Positions 9,885 to 19,700 of a DNA stretch of 58,963 nucleotides are shown in pieces. A model generated the notes under the pieces. The model was not told the DNA's origin, searched no databases, and saw only the letters and a list, made by a program, of their open reading frames with translations. Positions within the stretch are counted from its first letter, which is position 1. Each line of letters opens with the position of its first letter. Made by a program: the position numbers and the translations under genes. The stretch covers positions 1 through 58,963 of the IMG/VR virus record IMGVR_UViG_3300024264_002160. One strand, given 5' to 3'. This stretch comes from a virus. Lineage: Duplodnaviria; Caudoviricetes.

Positions 9885-11099
9885 GTGGCAGTTAGCATCG
9901 GTCAGGTAATTGAAGCATCACAGTATAATGCTCTTGCAGATTTATGCAATAAGTGTTTTGCTGATGTTTATACCGGACGAGCATATGATGCAACATTTAG
10001 TGGCGGTAATATTGATAATGCCGCAGACTGTAATGCAATTTTTTCAATACATGAAACTGACCATCCATCAGTAAGCCCAGGCATTGGTCCTTTCTCATTT
10101 ACTTCAAATGTAGAATCAACAGATTTTATTGTGGTAGTGATTGGATATGAAACCAAAGTTGGCAGTGGCTATACTATTGATTATAGTGCTAATACTATTA
10201 CATTTACTACAGCCGTTCCAGCAGCAACAAGAGTGGTAGTTTTTAATCGCACTTCACATAGGTTTGGTTACGGTAACAGTGCAGTAATTAATAATTTAGC
10301 AGCGGGTACACTGGTTGAAAGCGTACACACCAATAGTTTAATCGATCGCACTAATGCTTCATTGACACATGTGGGCGATACTACCCAAATTACCAATGTT
10401 GCAACTGGTCAAAGTATTACAGCAAATGACGGTAACACGATCGAAACTCTTATTAACACTAATTTATTTCAAAATAATGTTCATCTATCAGTGGGATCAA
10501 CTGAAGCTAGTGAATTAAATTCTGCTAATTTTGTAAGATCAACTGATTGGACTACCAGACTAGAAGGAATTTTTGCATACACATTCTCTAGTTATAGTGA
10601 AGCCAGATACTTCTTCAACAGTGGCGGACAAATAAGATTTAGTTTAGATATGACAGGCAATGCTTCAAACAATGGATATCTAAATTGGAATAGTATTTGC
10701 GAACAGTTAGGTACAGTTCGTATGAATCATGATAATACATTACAAAGTGGTACAGGTGGAATTAGCAATGCTAAAGGCTTTTATCATTTAACTGATAGTT
10801 TTCAAACTATCTACAGTAGTGCAACACCCAGCGGTGGAGGCTATGGCGGCGGCGGATATGCAAGTTTACGTGCTAGATTTTATGCAAAATATGTAACCAC
10901 TGGTTCAGGCGAACATCAGATACAAATTAGATGTGTTATGGACGATAGTGCATACAATGCAGATCCTATTACTGGTACAACAACATATTATGCCAAGGTG
11001 TATCAACCAAACAGTATTACAAAAAATTCAGTCACTTACAGTGTAACTGGACCAACAGCTAGTGTCATTGAAGATTTTAATTCAGGTAATGACAGCTAA
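9885..11099 (+). CDS. Putative virion structural protein (GTG start)
   Basis: 404 aa, T/S/N/G-rich, with an 'ARYFFNSGGQIRF' motif and a GGGYGGGGY insert. Located in the structural operon. Confidence 0.55.
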   Translation: MAVSIGQVIEASQYNALADLCNKCFADVYTGRAYDATFSGGNIDNAADCNAIFSIHETDHPSVSPGIGPFSFTSNVESTDFIVVVIGYETKVGSGYTIDYSANTITFTTAVPAATRVVVFNRTSHRFGYGNSAVINNLAAGTLVESVHTNSLIDRTNASLTHVGDTTQITNVATGQSITANDGNTIETLINTNLFQNNVHLSVGSTEASELNSANFVRSTDWTTRLEGIFAYTFSSYSEARYFFNSGGQIRFSLDMTGNASNNGYLNWNSICEQLGTVRMNHDNTLQSGTGGISNAKGFYHLTDSFQTIYSSATPSGGGYGGGGYASLRARFYAKYVTTGSGEHQIQIRCVMDDSAYNADPITGTTTYYAKVYQPNSITKNSVTYSVTGPTASVIEDFNSGNDS

Positions 11100-11104
11100 T
11101 CCGC

Positions 11105-11133
11105 TTGACAAACAATCATAAATAAGTTATAGT
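11105..11133 (+). promoter_or_regulatory. Sigma70-type promoter (TTGACA-17bp-TATAGT) with an embedded late-type CATAAATA
   Basis: TTGACA at 11105-11110, a 17-nt spacer and TATAGT at 11128-11133. CATAAATA at 11117-11124. GGAGGT RBS at 11155-11160 before the ATG at 11170. Confidence 0.75.
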
Positions 11134-11169
11134 AGTAGTTAAATAACCGTAAACGGAGGTAGAAACACT

Positions 11170-11517
11170 ATGGATGACCGCTTAGAAAAAGCATTGGAAT
11201 TTTCTAATTATCGAATGACAATAGAAAATCAAAAGAAAAACCTCAAAATCAGAATGGAAACGCAACAGACGTTCATGCATAACAAAGGTACATGGCGTGC
11301 AAATCAAACGCTACTCAGCTTTATTGAAACGCTGTTAGCAAACGATCTTACTATGGCTGTAGTACAGGATAGTAGAGACAATCCAATTGAAATTGATGAC
11401 CTACATGAGTTTCAAGAAATTGCATTTGGAAAATATAATGAATCAATGAATGAATTTTTAATAGAATCAAACAAACTTTCAAAAGCAAGAAGTATTAAGA
11501 AAGCAATGGACTGGTAA
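11170..11517 (+). CDS. Hypothetical phage protein (first gene of the modification operon)
   Basis: 115 aa, strong RBS, helical composition, no recognisable catalytic motif. Confidence 0.7.
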   Translation: MDDRLEKALEFSNYRMTIENQKKNLKIRMETQQTFMHNKGTWRANQTLLSFIETLLANDLTMAVVQDSRDNPIEIDDLHEFQEIAFGKYNESMNEFLIESNKLSKARSIKKAMDW

Positions 11518-12405
11518 ATGAGTTATAACGGTTGCTGCTTTTTTGCATATAACAACAGTGAAATAGATTATGTAAAGTTAGCAATGCTAGCTGCCTTGTA
11601 TGTAAAAAAGCATATGAAAAACAACAACACTTGCCTCATTACTAGTGAGGGAGATTATGCTTGGTTAGAGAAAAGTCAAGATCCTGATATACTTAATAGT
11701 GCATTTGATGAAATAGTAATTACAAATGATAAGCAAGCTGATAACATAAGAACGCATTATGATAGTCCGTGGACTACTTTTGATAGTCATTTCCAGAATA
11801 GTAATAAGCATTTGATCAATGAGTACTCCCCATTTGATAAGACATTACTATTGGATATTGACTATATTGTACGTAATGATACCCTAGACTATCTGTTTGA
11901 GCAAGATGAAATTCATGTTGGTATGTATAATTCTGCATGTGATTTACGTGGCGATTTACCACATTTATATGAACAGTATTTAAATCCAGTTGGTATCCCA
12001 ATGTGGTGGAGTACTGTAGTTTATTTTGACCGTAGCGAAACCAGTGATATGTTTTTTGATATATGGGCACACTGTCAGCAAGAATATAGTTTCTACAAGT
12101 TTTTATATAATATGCCGGGTAATATGTACCGTACAGACTTTTGTGTAAGTATAGCTACCCATATTATGAATGGTATGGCTGACGGTAGTATAATACATAA
12201 AATAATTGATGGCCCAATGCAATATATGGATCAAAAAGATGAATTAGTTGAAATAAAAAGTGCTACTGACTGGGTATTTTTAGCTAATGATCGAGAAGAA
12301 CCATGGAAAGATATTCTAACAAGAAATTATAGTCGAAATTTACATGTGATGAATAAACGATCAATTGATCGCAACTATACAGCACTCTTGGGAGCAATTA
12401 CATGA
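11518..12405 (+). CDS. GT-A fold glycosyltransferase (GT8-like / nucleotide-diphospho-sugar transferase)
   Basis: 'SPFDKTLLLDIDY' DxD motif after a hydrophobic strand, and an N-terminal 'Y..LA...A...K' pattern. Confidence 0.65.
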   Translation: MSYNGCCFFAYNNSEIDYVKLAMLAALYVKKHMKNNNTCLITSEGDYAWLEKSQDPDILNSAFDEIVITNDKQADNIRTHYDSPWTTFDSHFQNSNKHLINEYSPFDKTLLLDIDYIVRNDTLDYLFEQDEIHVGMYNSACDLRGDLPHLYEQYLNPVGIPMWWSTVVYFDRSETSDMFFDIWAHCQQEYSFYKFLYNMPGNMYRTDFCVSIATHIMNGMADGSIIHKIIDGPMQYMDQKDELVEIKSATDWVFLANDREEPWKDILTRNYSRNLHVMNKRSIDRNYTALLGAIT

Positions 12406-13253
12406 CACAGGGATATATTACAATTGCTGATAAATCTGCTGGCGATATGCAAATTAAACAAGCAGTGGCACTTGCTAGTAGTTTAAAACTAATTGATCCA
12501 ACTCGTGAGGTTTGTTTAGTTGTGGAAAAATTTGAAAATGTGCCACAAAAATTTGAAAATGCATTTGATAGTATCGTAGAACTTCCATATGGTAATTTTG
12601 ACCCAACTGAAGATATTAATATTAATCTATGGCAAATTTATAGCTGTAGCCCATATGAACAGACTATTTACTTTGATAGACATACACTTGTTACTGCACC
12701 GTTAGATGATATTTGGAATAATGTAACACAACACGACTATGTTTTTAACACCCAAACAGTAAATTATAGGGGTGAGATTTCACCCACTGTTTCACAATTT
12801 TATATTCATGATAAAAACAAGATACCCAATTACTATACTGACGTATTTTACTTTGGTAAGAATGAACAATCCCAGCAATTCTTCAAGATGCTGGATGTTG
12901 TTCTTAAAGAGTTTCGTCGTGTATATGTGCAATTTGTTACAGAAAATCGTCCTAATTATTTTGATCTTAACTTGTTAATTAATATTACAATCAAACTATT
13001 AGGTCAAGAGAGTAATATACATGGTAACATTCCATATACATTATTAAGACTGGATAACATAACACTTGATGATCAGGATCTTCCATTGGACTGGGTAGAA
13101 TATATGAGCCATTGGGTGTCTGATGGAGTTATAAAAATAAGTAACCATCGAGTAAACGGTATAATATGTTACAGTAGTGACCAATTTTTAGATGACGAAA
13201 TATTAGAAGAGTATAGGCAACGTGTTAGAGATATCAACATCAAAATCAACTAA
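12402..13253 (+). CDS. GT-A glycosyltransferase paralog with degenerate DxD
   Basis: 'QAVALASSLK...FDSIV...SPYEQTIYFDRH' aligns by eye with the upstream gene. ATGA overlap. Confidence 0.55.
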   Translation: MTQGYITIADKSAGDMQIKQAVALASSLKLIDPTREVCLVVEKFENVPQKFENAFDSIVELPYGNFDPTEDININLWQIYSCSPYEQTIYFDRHTLVTAPLDDIWNNVTQHDYVFNTQTVNYRGEISPTVSQFYIHDKNKIPNYYTDVFYFGKNEQSQQFFKMLDVVLKEFRRVYVQFVTENRPNYFDLNLLINITIKLLGQESNIHGNIPYTLLRLDNITLDDQDLPLDWVEYMSHWVSDGVIKISNHRVNGIICYSSDQFLDDEILEEYRQRVRDINIKIN

Positions 13254-14205
13254 ACAGTTTTATGTTTTTTATGATGAATGGACTGGTGCAATTAGTAATA
13301 TAACTACTGTATTGGATCAAGACGCAGACATGTCTGAATCGTTTAACCCGTATATTATATCTAACAGCGATCTTATTGAACAAATACTTAAAGGTCATAA
13401 AAATGAGAATGATTATATAGTATCATTCAATGACGATAACAATTTAAGTGTTGTTGAAAAGGGCAATACTTTAAGATTGCGTAGTAGTGAAAAATTTCTA
13501 TATCAACTGCCAAGATCTAAGCCTGCAGAGTGGGATATTAAGGTTGCAGTATATGCTGGTAATAGTAAACTGGTAGTAGAAGTAAACCCAGAGGCTATAC
13601 GAAAACTTAGTAGTATGACATTTAATAAGCGTATAGTAGTTGACGATCAAAATGATTTGTCTTTACATATAGTTAAATATAACGCACCAGATTATCTAAT
13701 TGCAACTATCCAAATTGACGCACAAGAATTACTAGATACTGGAAACGTAATCTACGACATTTCTAATATACGACAACATGTTAGTTTATCAGATATTGGC
13801 ATACTTACACGCCGGTGCTTTAAGAATTATTATATGGAAGTGTTTAACAGCTCATTAAACATTGTTCAACAGAGTCTAGTTAAAAATCTAAGCTATCTCA
13901 ATCGAACATGCGAACAAGATTTAAAGTACAGTCATATTAGTATTACTCAACATGATGACATTGTTACATTTTCTACAACACTAAGTAGTGGTGAGTTGGC
14001 TGATATTGGATTGTACGAAGATAAGATATTATTGCATGCAACTGGTAATACCCCAGATCAATACTATGGAAGCATACCAATAAACATACGAGATTTAAAA
14101 ACAAAGAAAAAGGCTGTAGTTAAAGTAAAAGGAAAGTTAAGCGATTACTTCTTATGGCACAAAAAACATAGAGTTATATTTTCAATTAAAGGAAACAATA
14201 CATGA
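13222..14205 (+). CDS. Hypothetical protein
   Basis: 327-aa ORF (GTG start) overlapping both neighbours. No motif recognised. Confidence 0.6.
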   Translation: MLEISTSKSTKQFYVFYDEWTGAISNITTVLDQDADMSESFNPYIISNSDLIEQILKGHKNENDYIVSFNDDNNLSVVEKGNTLRLRSSEKFLYQLPRSKPAEWDIKVAVYAGNSKLVVEVNPEAIRKLSSMTFNKRIVVDDQNDLSLHIVKYNAPDYLIATIQIDAQELLDTGNVIYDISNIRQHVSLSDIGILTRRCFKNYYMEVFNSSLNIVQQSLVKNLSYLNRTCEQDLKYSHISITQHDDIVTFSTTLSSGELADIGLYEDKILLHATGNTPDQYYGSIPINIRDLKTKKKAVVKVKGKLSDYFLWHKKHRVIFSIKGNNT

Positions 14206-15188
14206 GTAAAATAGTACCCATTAACGAATTTGACGTGGTATTCATTAGTTACGACGAACCAAATGCTGATCAAAATTATCAAGACTTACTGGAAAAATGT
14301 CCTTGGGCATTACGCAGTCATGGAGTATGGGGTAGTGATGCGGCACACAAAGCGGCCGCAGCAATGGTTGAAACTGATAGATTTATCACCATTGATGCAG
14401 ATAATGTCGTGCGTGGTGACTTTTTTAATGTCGAGTTGGATATGGACCAAATCGGCGATAATGATGTTATTAGTTGGGCAGGCAAAAATGCAGTAAACGG
14501 ACTTGTATACGGCAACGGTGGTATCAAGTGTTGGCCAGTACATGTTGTAAATGCAATGCGTACACACGAAGCGGCTCCTGAGAATGATACACATGCACAA
14601 GTAGACTTTTGCTGGAACATCAACTATGTACAAATGAATAATATCTACTGTGATGTTGCAAACAATGGTAGCCCGTACCAAGCATATCGTGCAGGATTTC
14701 GTGAAGGCTGTAAGATGAGTTTGGAAGACGGAAACATTGTTGATAAGCGAGCTCTTAAAAAATTACATCGTAAAAACTACCAGCGTATGTTAGTATGGAT
14801 GAGTGTTGGTGAAGATGTAATCAATGGATTATGGGCAGTGTATGGTGCAAGGTTAGGATGTTATATGACTAACTTGGATAGGGATGCCTGGGATTGGCGT
14901 GATGTGCGTGACTTCAAATGGCATACTAAGTTTTGGACTGAGACAGTGATGCCACAATTTGCAGATCCTGAAGGAGAACTGTGTCCAGCAACTGGATATA
15001 GATACAATATAGACAAGCTAAAAGCTGAAACTGTACGCTTGGGTCGAATTTTGCAGGACGAGTTAGAATTAGAGATAGCGGACATGGATGACAAAGCCAG
15101 TAAGTTTTTTAAAGAGGTATATGTCAATCCCAGTCGCATGGCCGCAATGGTGCGTGAAGACGATGTTATTGATTCACTAGAAGGATAA
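14202..15188 (+). CDS. GT2-like glycosyltransferase
   Basis: 'DVVFISYDEPNAD..Y...HGV.G..AAH.AAA....TDRFITIDADN' (DxD) and 'AYRAGFRE' motif. Paralog at 34649. Confidence 0.65.
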   Translation: MSKIVPINEFDVVFISYDEPNADQNYQDLLEKCPWALRSHGVWGSDAAHKAAAAMVETDRFITIDADNVVRGDFFNVELDMDQIGDNDVISWAGKNAVNGLVYGNGGIKCWPVHVVNAMRTHEAAPENDTHAQVDFCWNINYVQMNNIYCDVANNGSPYQAYRAGFREGCKMSLEDGNIVDKRALKKLHRKNYQRMLVWMSVGEDVINGLWAVYGARLGCYMTNLDRDAWDWRDVRDFKWHTKFWTETVMPQFADPEGELCPATGYRYNIDKLKAETVRLGRILQDELELEIADMDDKASKFFKEVYVNPSRMAAMVREDDVIDSLEG

Positions 15189-15192
15189 AGTA

Positions 15193-16758
15193 TTGGACTA
15201 CTTTAACAGTGCAAAAGAAGCACGAGAAAAACTAAACGCAATTTCTCCATCAATGTGTATGGCAAAGTGGTTACAGGTAAGTTTGCACTTACCACAAGGA
15301 AGAACACATAGTTGTTACCATCCTCCCACACATGCGATTCCATTGGATGAACTTAAAGCTAATCCCAATGCATTGCATAATACAAAATTTAAAATGCAAG
15401 AGCGAAAGCAAATGCTAAATGGTGAGCGGCCCAAAGGATGTGAGTACTGTTGGAATGTAGAAGATGCACCAAACCCACCACAAGATGGTAGACTTAGTGA
15501 CCGGCACTACCGTTCAAGCGAATGGTGGGTTAAAGATGCATGGGATGAAGTTGTTAATAATCCCTGGGATCATGACATCAAACCACGTTATGTAGAAGTA
15601 AATTTTAACCAAGCATGTAATTTAAAATGTAGCTATTGCAGTCCACACCTAAGTAGTGCGTGGGAAGAAGATGTTAAAAAGAACGGTGGATTTTGGTTTA
15701 GCAATGGCACAGGACACAATGACACAAGCTATCTAAAACGTAGTGGGCTAATGCCATTGGAAGTCGCACGTAAGGATAATCCATATGTTGAGGCATTTTG
15801 GAAATGGTTCCCAGATATATACCGTGGACTAAAGGTATTTCGCATGACCGGTGGCGAGCCTCTTATGGACAACAATACTTTTAAAGTATTAGATTATGTC
15901 ATTGATAACCCTAATCCACAATTAGATTTAAGTATCACTAGTAATATGTGTCCCCCATCAAACAGTTTGATGGATAAGTTCATTGACAAAATTCGTAAAC
16001 TAGAAGAAGTAAGAGTATGGGAAGACCATATAAATCTTAATCCAGACAGTGGTAATGAATGGTATGTAGCACCAGCTTGCAAGCACTTTAGTTTATATGT
16101 TAGTGTAGATGGAGTTGGTGATCAGGCAGAGTATATGCGTGATGGTTTAGATTTTGACACAATGTATAACAATTGCAGACGGGTACTAAGTGAAACTAAC
16201 GGCACTGAAATATCTTTCATCAATACGTTTAATTTATTAAGTATTCCAAACCTACGTGGATTTTTGAATATGATATTAAAACTGCGTGAAGAATTTGGTT
16301 ATGAAAATCAGACTGATATTGAGATACAGCCGCCAGATAGAAACGGATTTGTACATCCAAAATTTATTCGTAAGCGCCGTCAGCGCATATGGTTTGATAC
16401 ACCATACTTAAGATACCCAGACTGGATGACTATTCAACTAGCTGATCAATCAATGCGTAGTCTTATACAAGAAAATATCGACTTTATGCACGACAACGTC
16501 TTGCCTGATGACGAGTACGGACGCAAGTATACTGGATTTAAAAATTATGAAGTTGCTAAAATGGAACGTGACTTAGCATGGGCCAAAGAGGGACTAAATA
16601 TTGATGAAGAGAAAAGAAACGATAACTTTATTCGATTTTATGAATATTTTACTCAATACGACAAGCGAAGAAATTTAAACTTTCTGGATACATTTCCAGA
16701 AATGGCTGAGTTTTGGAATCGCTGTAAAAAATTAAAGGAAAAAAAATATGGGCCGTAA
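15193..16758 (+). CDS. Radical SAM enzyme with N-terminal auxiliary Cys/His domain (rSAM 1)
   Basis: CNLKCSYC, TGGEP, N-terminal CMAKW...SCYH and CEYC. TTG start. Confidence 0.9.
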   Translation: MDYFNSAKEAREKLNAISPSMCMAKWLQVSLHLPQGRTHSCYHPPTHAIPLDELKANPNALHNTKFKMQERKQMLNGERPKGCEYCWNVEDAPNPPQDGRLSDRHYRSSEWWVKDAWDEVVNNPWDHDIKPRYVEVNFNQACNLKCSYCSPHLSSAWEEDVKKNGGFWFSNGTGHNDTSYLKRSGLMPLEVARKDNPYVEAFWKWFPDIYRGLKVFRMTGGEPLMDNNTFKVLDYVIDNPNPQLDLSITSNMCPPSNSLMDKFIDKIRKLEEVRVWEDHINLNPDSGNEWYVAPACKHFSLYVSVDGVGDQAEYMRDGLDFDTMYNNCRRVLSETNGTEISFINTFNLLSIPNLRGFLNMILKLREEFGYENQTDIEIQPPDRNGFVHPKFIRKRRQRIWFDTPYLRYPDWMTIQLADQSMRSLIQENIDFMHDNVLPDDEYGRKYTGFKNYEVAKMERDLAWAKEGLNIDEEKRNDNFIRFYEYFTQYDKRRNLNFLDTFPEMAEFWNRCKKLKEKKYGP

Positions 16759-18322
16759 GCATTGGGAAGGCGAAACCCTTCATGAATTTAAAGAGCGTAT
16801 AATTGATCCGATTAGTAAATCGTATTGTGCTGCAAAATGGTACAATGCTACTATTTGGTTAGGACACGGCCAAACTACAAGTTGTCATCACCCGCCGGGC
16901 CATTGGATTCCTCTTGAAGAACTAGAAGATAATCCTTCAGCAATTCATAATACGCCACATAAGAAAAAGATGCGTAAGATGATGCAAGAGGGTGAACGTC
17001 CCAGTGAGTGTGAGTACTGCTGGAAAGTAGAAGATATGGGTAAAAACAATATCTCTGATAGAGTATTTAAAACTGAGATATTTTCAGATAAAGACATCAC
17101 TGACAGTGCGGTAGCTAATTGGGACGAAAATGTTATGTTACGTACACTTGAGATTAGTTTTGATAGAGCATGCAACTTAAAGTGCAGTTATTGTAATCCT
17201 GCTTTTAGTACAGCATGGGTTAAAGACATTAACACATTTGGTGCATATCAAAATATACAGAGTGATGGTCGTGGACATTTCATCGACACTGCTCCATGGG
17301 CTGCACCAGCGGCCAAAAAAGAAGCAAATAATCCGTATATTCAAGCATTTCACAAATGGTGGGAAACTGGGCTAGCAGATAATTTGGAAGAAATACGCAT
17401 TACAGGCGGAGAGCCAATCATGCATGCCAGTACTTGGAAGTTGTTTAACTGGTTTGAGCAAAACCCTCAACGTGGCAGAAGTATGAGGTTTGCTATTAAT
17501 AGTAATCTTAGTCCAGAAACACCCAAGGTATTGGACAAGTTAATTGATAAAAGTTGGCACGTTCCAAATTTTGAAATCTATACAAGTTGTGAAGCAGCAA
17601 AAGATCAAGCTGAATACATACGTGATGGATTGCGATATGACTTATGGATGAATAATATACATCGAGTGCTAAAAGAATCTAATGTTAGTAAAGTACACAT
17701 GATGATGACAATTAATGCACTATGCTTAACTACAATCACAGAGTTTATGGATGAAATGTTAGATCTTCGCGAAGAATATGGTCGCAGAGCGCCGACAATG
17801 ACATTAAACATTTTACGTTTTCCTAGCTTCCAAAGTTGTGCAATTATTCCAGTGGAAATAAAATCATACTATAAAGATAAATTACAAGATTGGTTTGATA
17901 GTGATCGTCCAATTGATATGTTAACTGATGCTGAGAAAGAAAGTATACAGCGATTAATTAATTATTTGGATATTGTAAAAACTCCACATAAAAATACAGC
18001 AGACATGCCCAAACTATACAACGATTTTAAAGCATTCTTTGCACAGTATGACATACGTAGAAATAAAAATTTCGTGGAAACTTTCCCCGGTCCATTTGCT
18101 GAATGGTTTGAAAGTATTGATGCTGTTGTACCAACTCGAGAACAAATTGAAAACAAAGAAATTATGTTTGTAAGTGATAGAGCTGGTGATCCAGCCACTA
18201 CTGAAGAATATGCAGGCGGTGATGATGAGCATGAACATGAAGATTACAGTGAACAAAAATTTCATGGGGGTTGGGATACTGAAACAGACGGACTGGGTGG
18301 AATATCTGTAGATGAAGCGTAA
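16748..18322 (+). CDS. Radical SAM enzyme with N-terminal auxiliary domain and acidic C-terminal tail (rSAM 2)
   Basis: CNLKCSYC, TGGEP, N-terminal CAAKW...SCHH and CEYC. Confidence 0.9.
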   Translation: MGRKHWEGETLHEFKERIIDPISKSYCAAKWYNATIWLGHGQTTSCHHPPGHWIPLEELEDNPSAIHNTPHKKKMRKMMQEGERPSECEYCWKVEDMGKNNISDRVFKTEIFSDKDITDSAVANWDENVMLRTLEISFDRACNLKCSYCNPAFSTAWVKDINTFGAYQNIQSDGRGHFIDTAPWAAPAAKKEANNPYIQAFHKWWETGLADNLEEIRITGGEPIMHASTWKLFNWFEQNPQRGRSMRFAINSNLSPETPKVLDKLIDKSWHVPNFEIYTSCEAAKDQAEYIRDGLRYDLWMNNIHRVLKESNVSKVHMMMTINALCLTTITEFMDEMLDLREEYGRRAPTMTLNILRFPSFQSCAIIPVEIKSYYKDKLQDWFDSDRPIDMLTDAEKESIQRLINYLDIVKTPHKNTADMPKLYNDFKAFFAQYDIRRNKNFVETFPGPFAEWFESIDAVVPTREQIENKEIMFVSDRAGDPATTEEYAGGDDEHEHEDYSEQKFHGGWDTETDGLGGISVDEA

Positions 18323-19700
18323 TATACCTATATGGAATGATGATGGCAGCTGTAATGAAGAAAGTGAAAACAAAACTTTCTGTATGGCACCCTGGACACA
18401 CACCTACATATCACCACAAGGCGAACGGCGTATGTGTTGTGCTAGTAGAGAAGAGCATAGTTTTCAAAAACAATATATTGATGCTACAAATGATGAAAAG
18501 TACGGGGAGATACGTGAAAGCGAAACCGAAGCCGACAAATTTAATCCACAAACATTAACTGAACACTGGAACTCTCCTTATATGCGAGATATTCGCAAGA
18601 AGCTAATGGCTGGAGAACGTATTAGTCAGTGTGATGTTTGTAATGATGATATTTTAAGTATTAGTAGTTACCGTAAGTGGTTTACTGGTGTATTGTTTAA
18701 AGACAAGATTCAAGAAGCATTTGACAAAACTGACGATGATGGGTATACTACAATGCCCACTATTAGCTTTGACTATCGTTACTCGAACTTGTGTAACTTC
18801 AAGTGTCGTATGTGTGGAGAGCAACTCTCAAGTGCATGGGAAGCTGAAAAGAAAAAGCATGACATGTGGAGCCCAGAACATCAGCCATTTATGATTCCTG
18901 AAGTAAAACGTAAAATGAACGCCTTTCAGAAAGATGTTGCTGAGCCTGAATTTAAACAAGCCATTAGTGACGGTATTGTAGAAGAAATATACTGGGTAGG
19001 CGGTGAGCCACTTATGTATGATATACACTGGTGGGCATTAGAAGAGATGACTACTAACGGTAGTGCTAAAAACTGTTATTTGCGTTATAATAGTAATCTT
19101 TCAAGGATTGACTTCAAGGGAAAAAACTTGTATGATTACTTACCACAGTTTAAAGACTGGCTAATGTGTGCAAGTATTGACGGCACAGGAGATATTGTAG
19201 AGTTTATACGCAAAGGGATCGTATGGGAAGAGTGGTTAGCAAACTTTAAGCAAGGATTGGAATTGCCAGGTGGCAAAGAAAAAATGCGGTTTGATTTAAC
19301 TATCACTGGTCCTGGTATGTTTAGTTTACGTGATTTATTTGATCTGAGTTTAGAATTAGATGTAAGTATGGAAACTAAAATTATGTTTGCATTCCATCCG
19401 GATATTGTGTTTAGTCCATTCGCTTGGCCCAAACATATATTACACAGGCATATTGATGAACTACTTGCATACATGGAACCACGTGCTACTTGGAGACAGC
19501 AGACCTTAATTAATACACTGCGTGAAATGAAAAATAGACCAACATTTGATGAACAGTTTCCAGACACACATGAACAACAATTTAAGAATGGCAAGGGGTA
19601 TCAGGATCGTTTAGACCAAATACGCCAGGAACAGTTTAGATTAGAAGATATATATCGCAACGACGATGAGTTGTATAATTGGTGGAAACGTTTTGAATAA
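18312..19700 (+). CDS. Radical SAM enzyme, N-terminal twitch-like domain (rSAM 3)
   Basis: CNFKCRMC, GGEP, CMAPW.H...CC and CDVC. Confidence 0.9.
   Translation: MKRNIPIWNDDGSCNEESENKTFCMAPWTHTYISPQGERRMCCASREEHSFQKQYIDATNDEKYGEIRESETEADKFNPQTLTEHWNSPYMRDIRKKLMAGERISQCDVCNDDILSISSYRKWFTGVLFKDKIQEAFDKTDDDGYTTMPTISFDYRYSNLCNFKCRMCGEQLSSAWEAEKKKHDMWSPEHQPFMIPEVKRKMNAFQKDVAEPEFKQAISDGIVEEIYWVGGEPLMYDIHWWALEEMTTNGSAKNCYLRYNSNLSRIDFKGKNLYDYLPQFKDWLMCASIDGTGDIVEFIRKGIVWEEWLANFKQGLELPGGKEKMRFDLTITGPGMFSLRDLFDLSLELDVSMETKIMFAFHPDIVFSPFAWPKHILHRHIDELLAYMEPRATWRQQTLINTLREMKNRPTFDEQFPDTHEQQFKNGKGYQDRLDQIRQEQFRLEDIYRNDDELYNWWKRFE

Noticed and set aside
18265-18285. 'GWDT' in the rSAM 2 tail matching 'GWDT' in the giant structural protein
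   Set aside because: A four-residue match is expected by chance.
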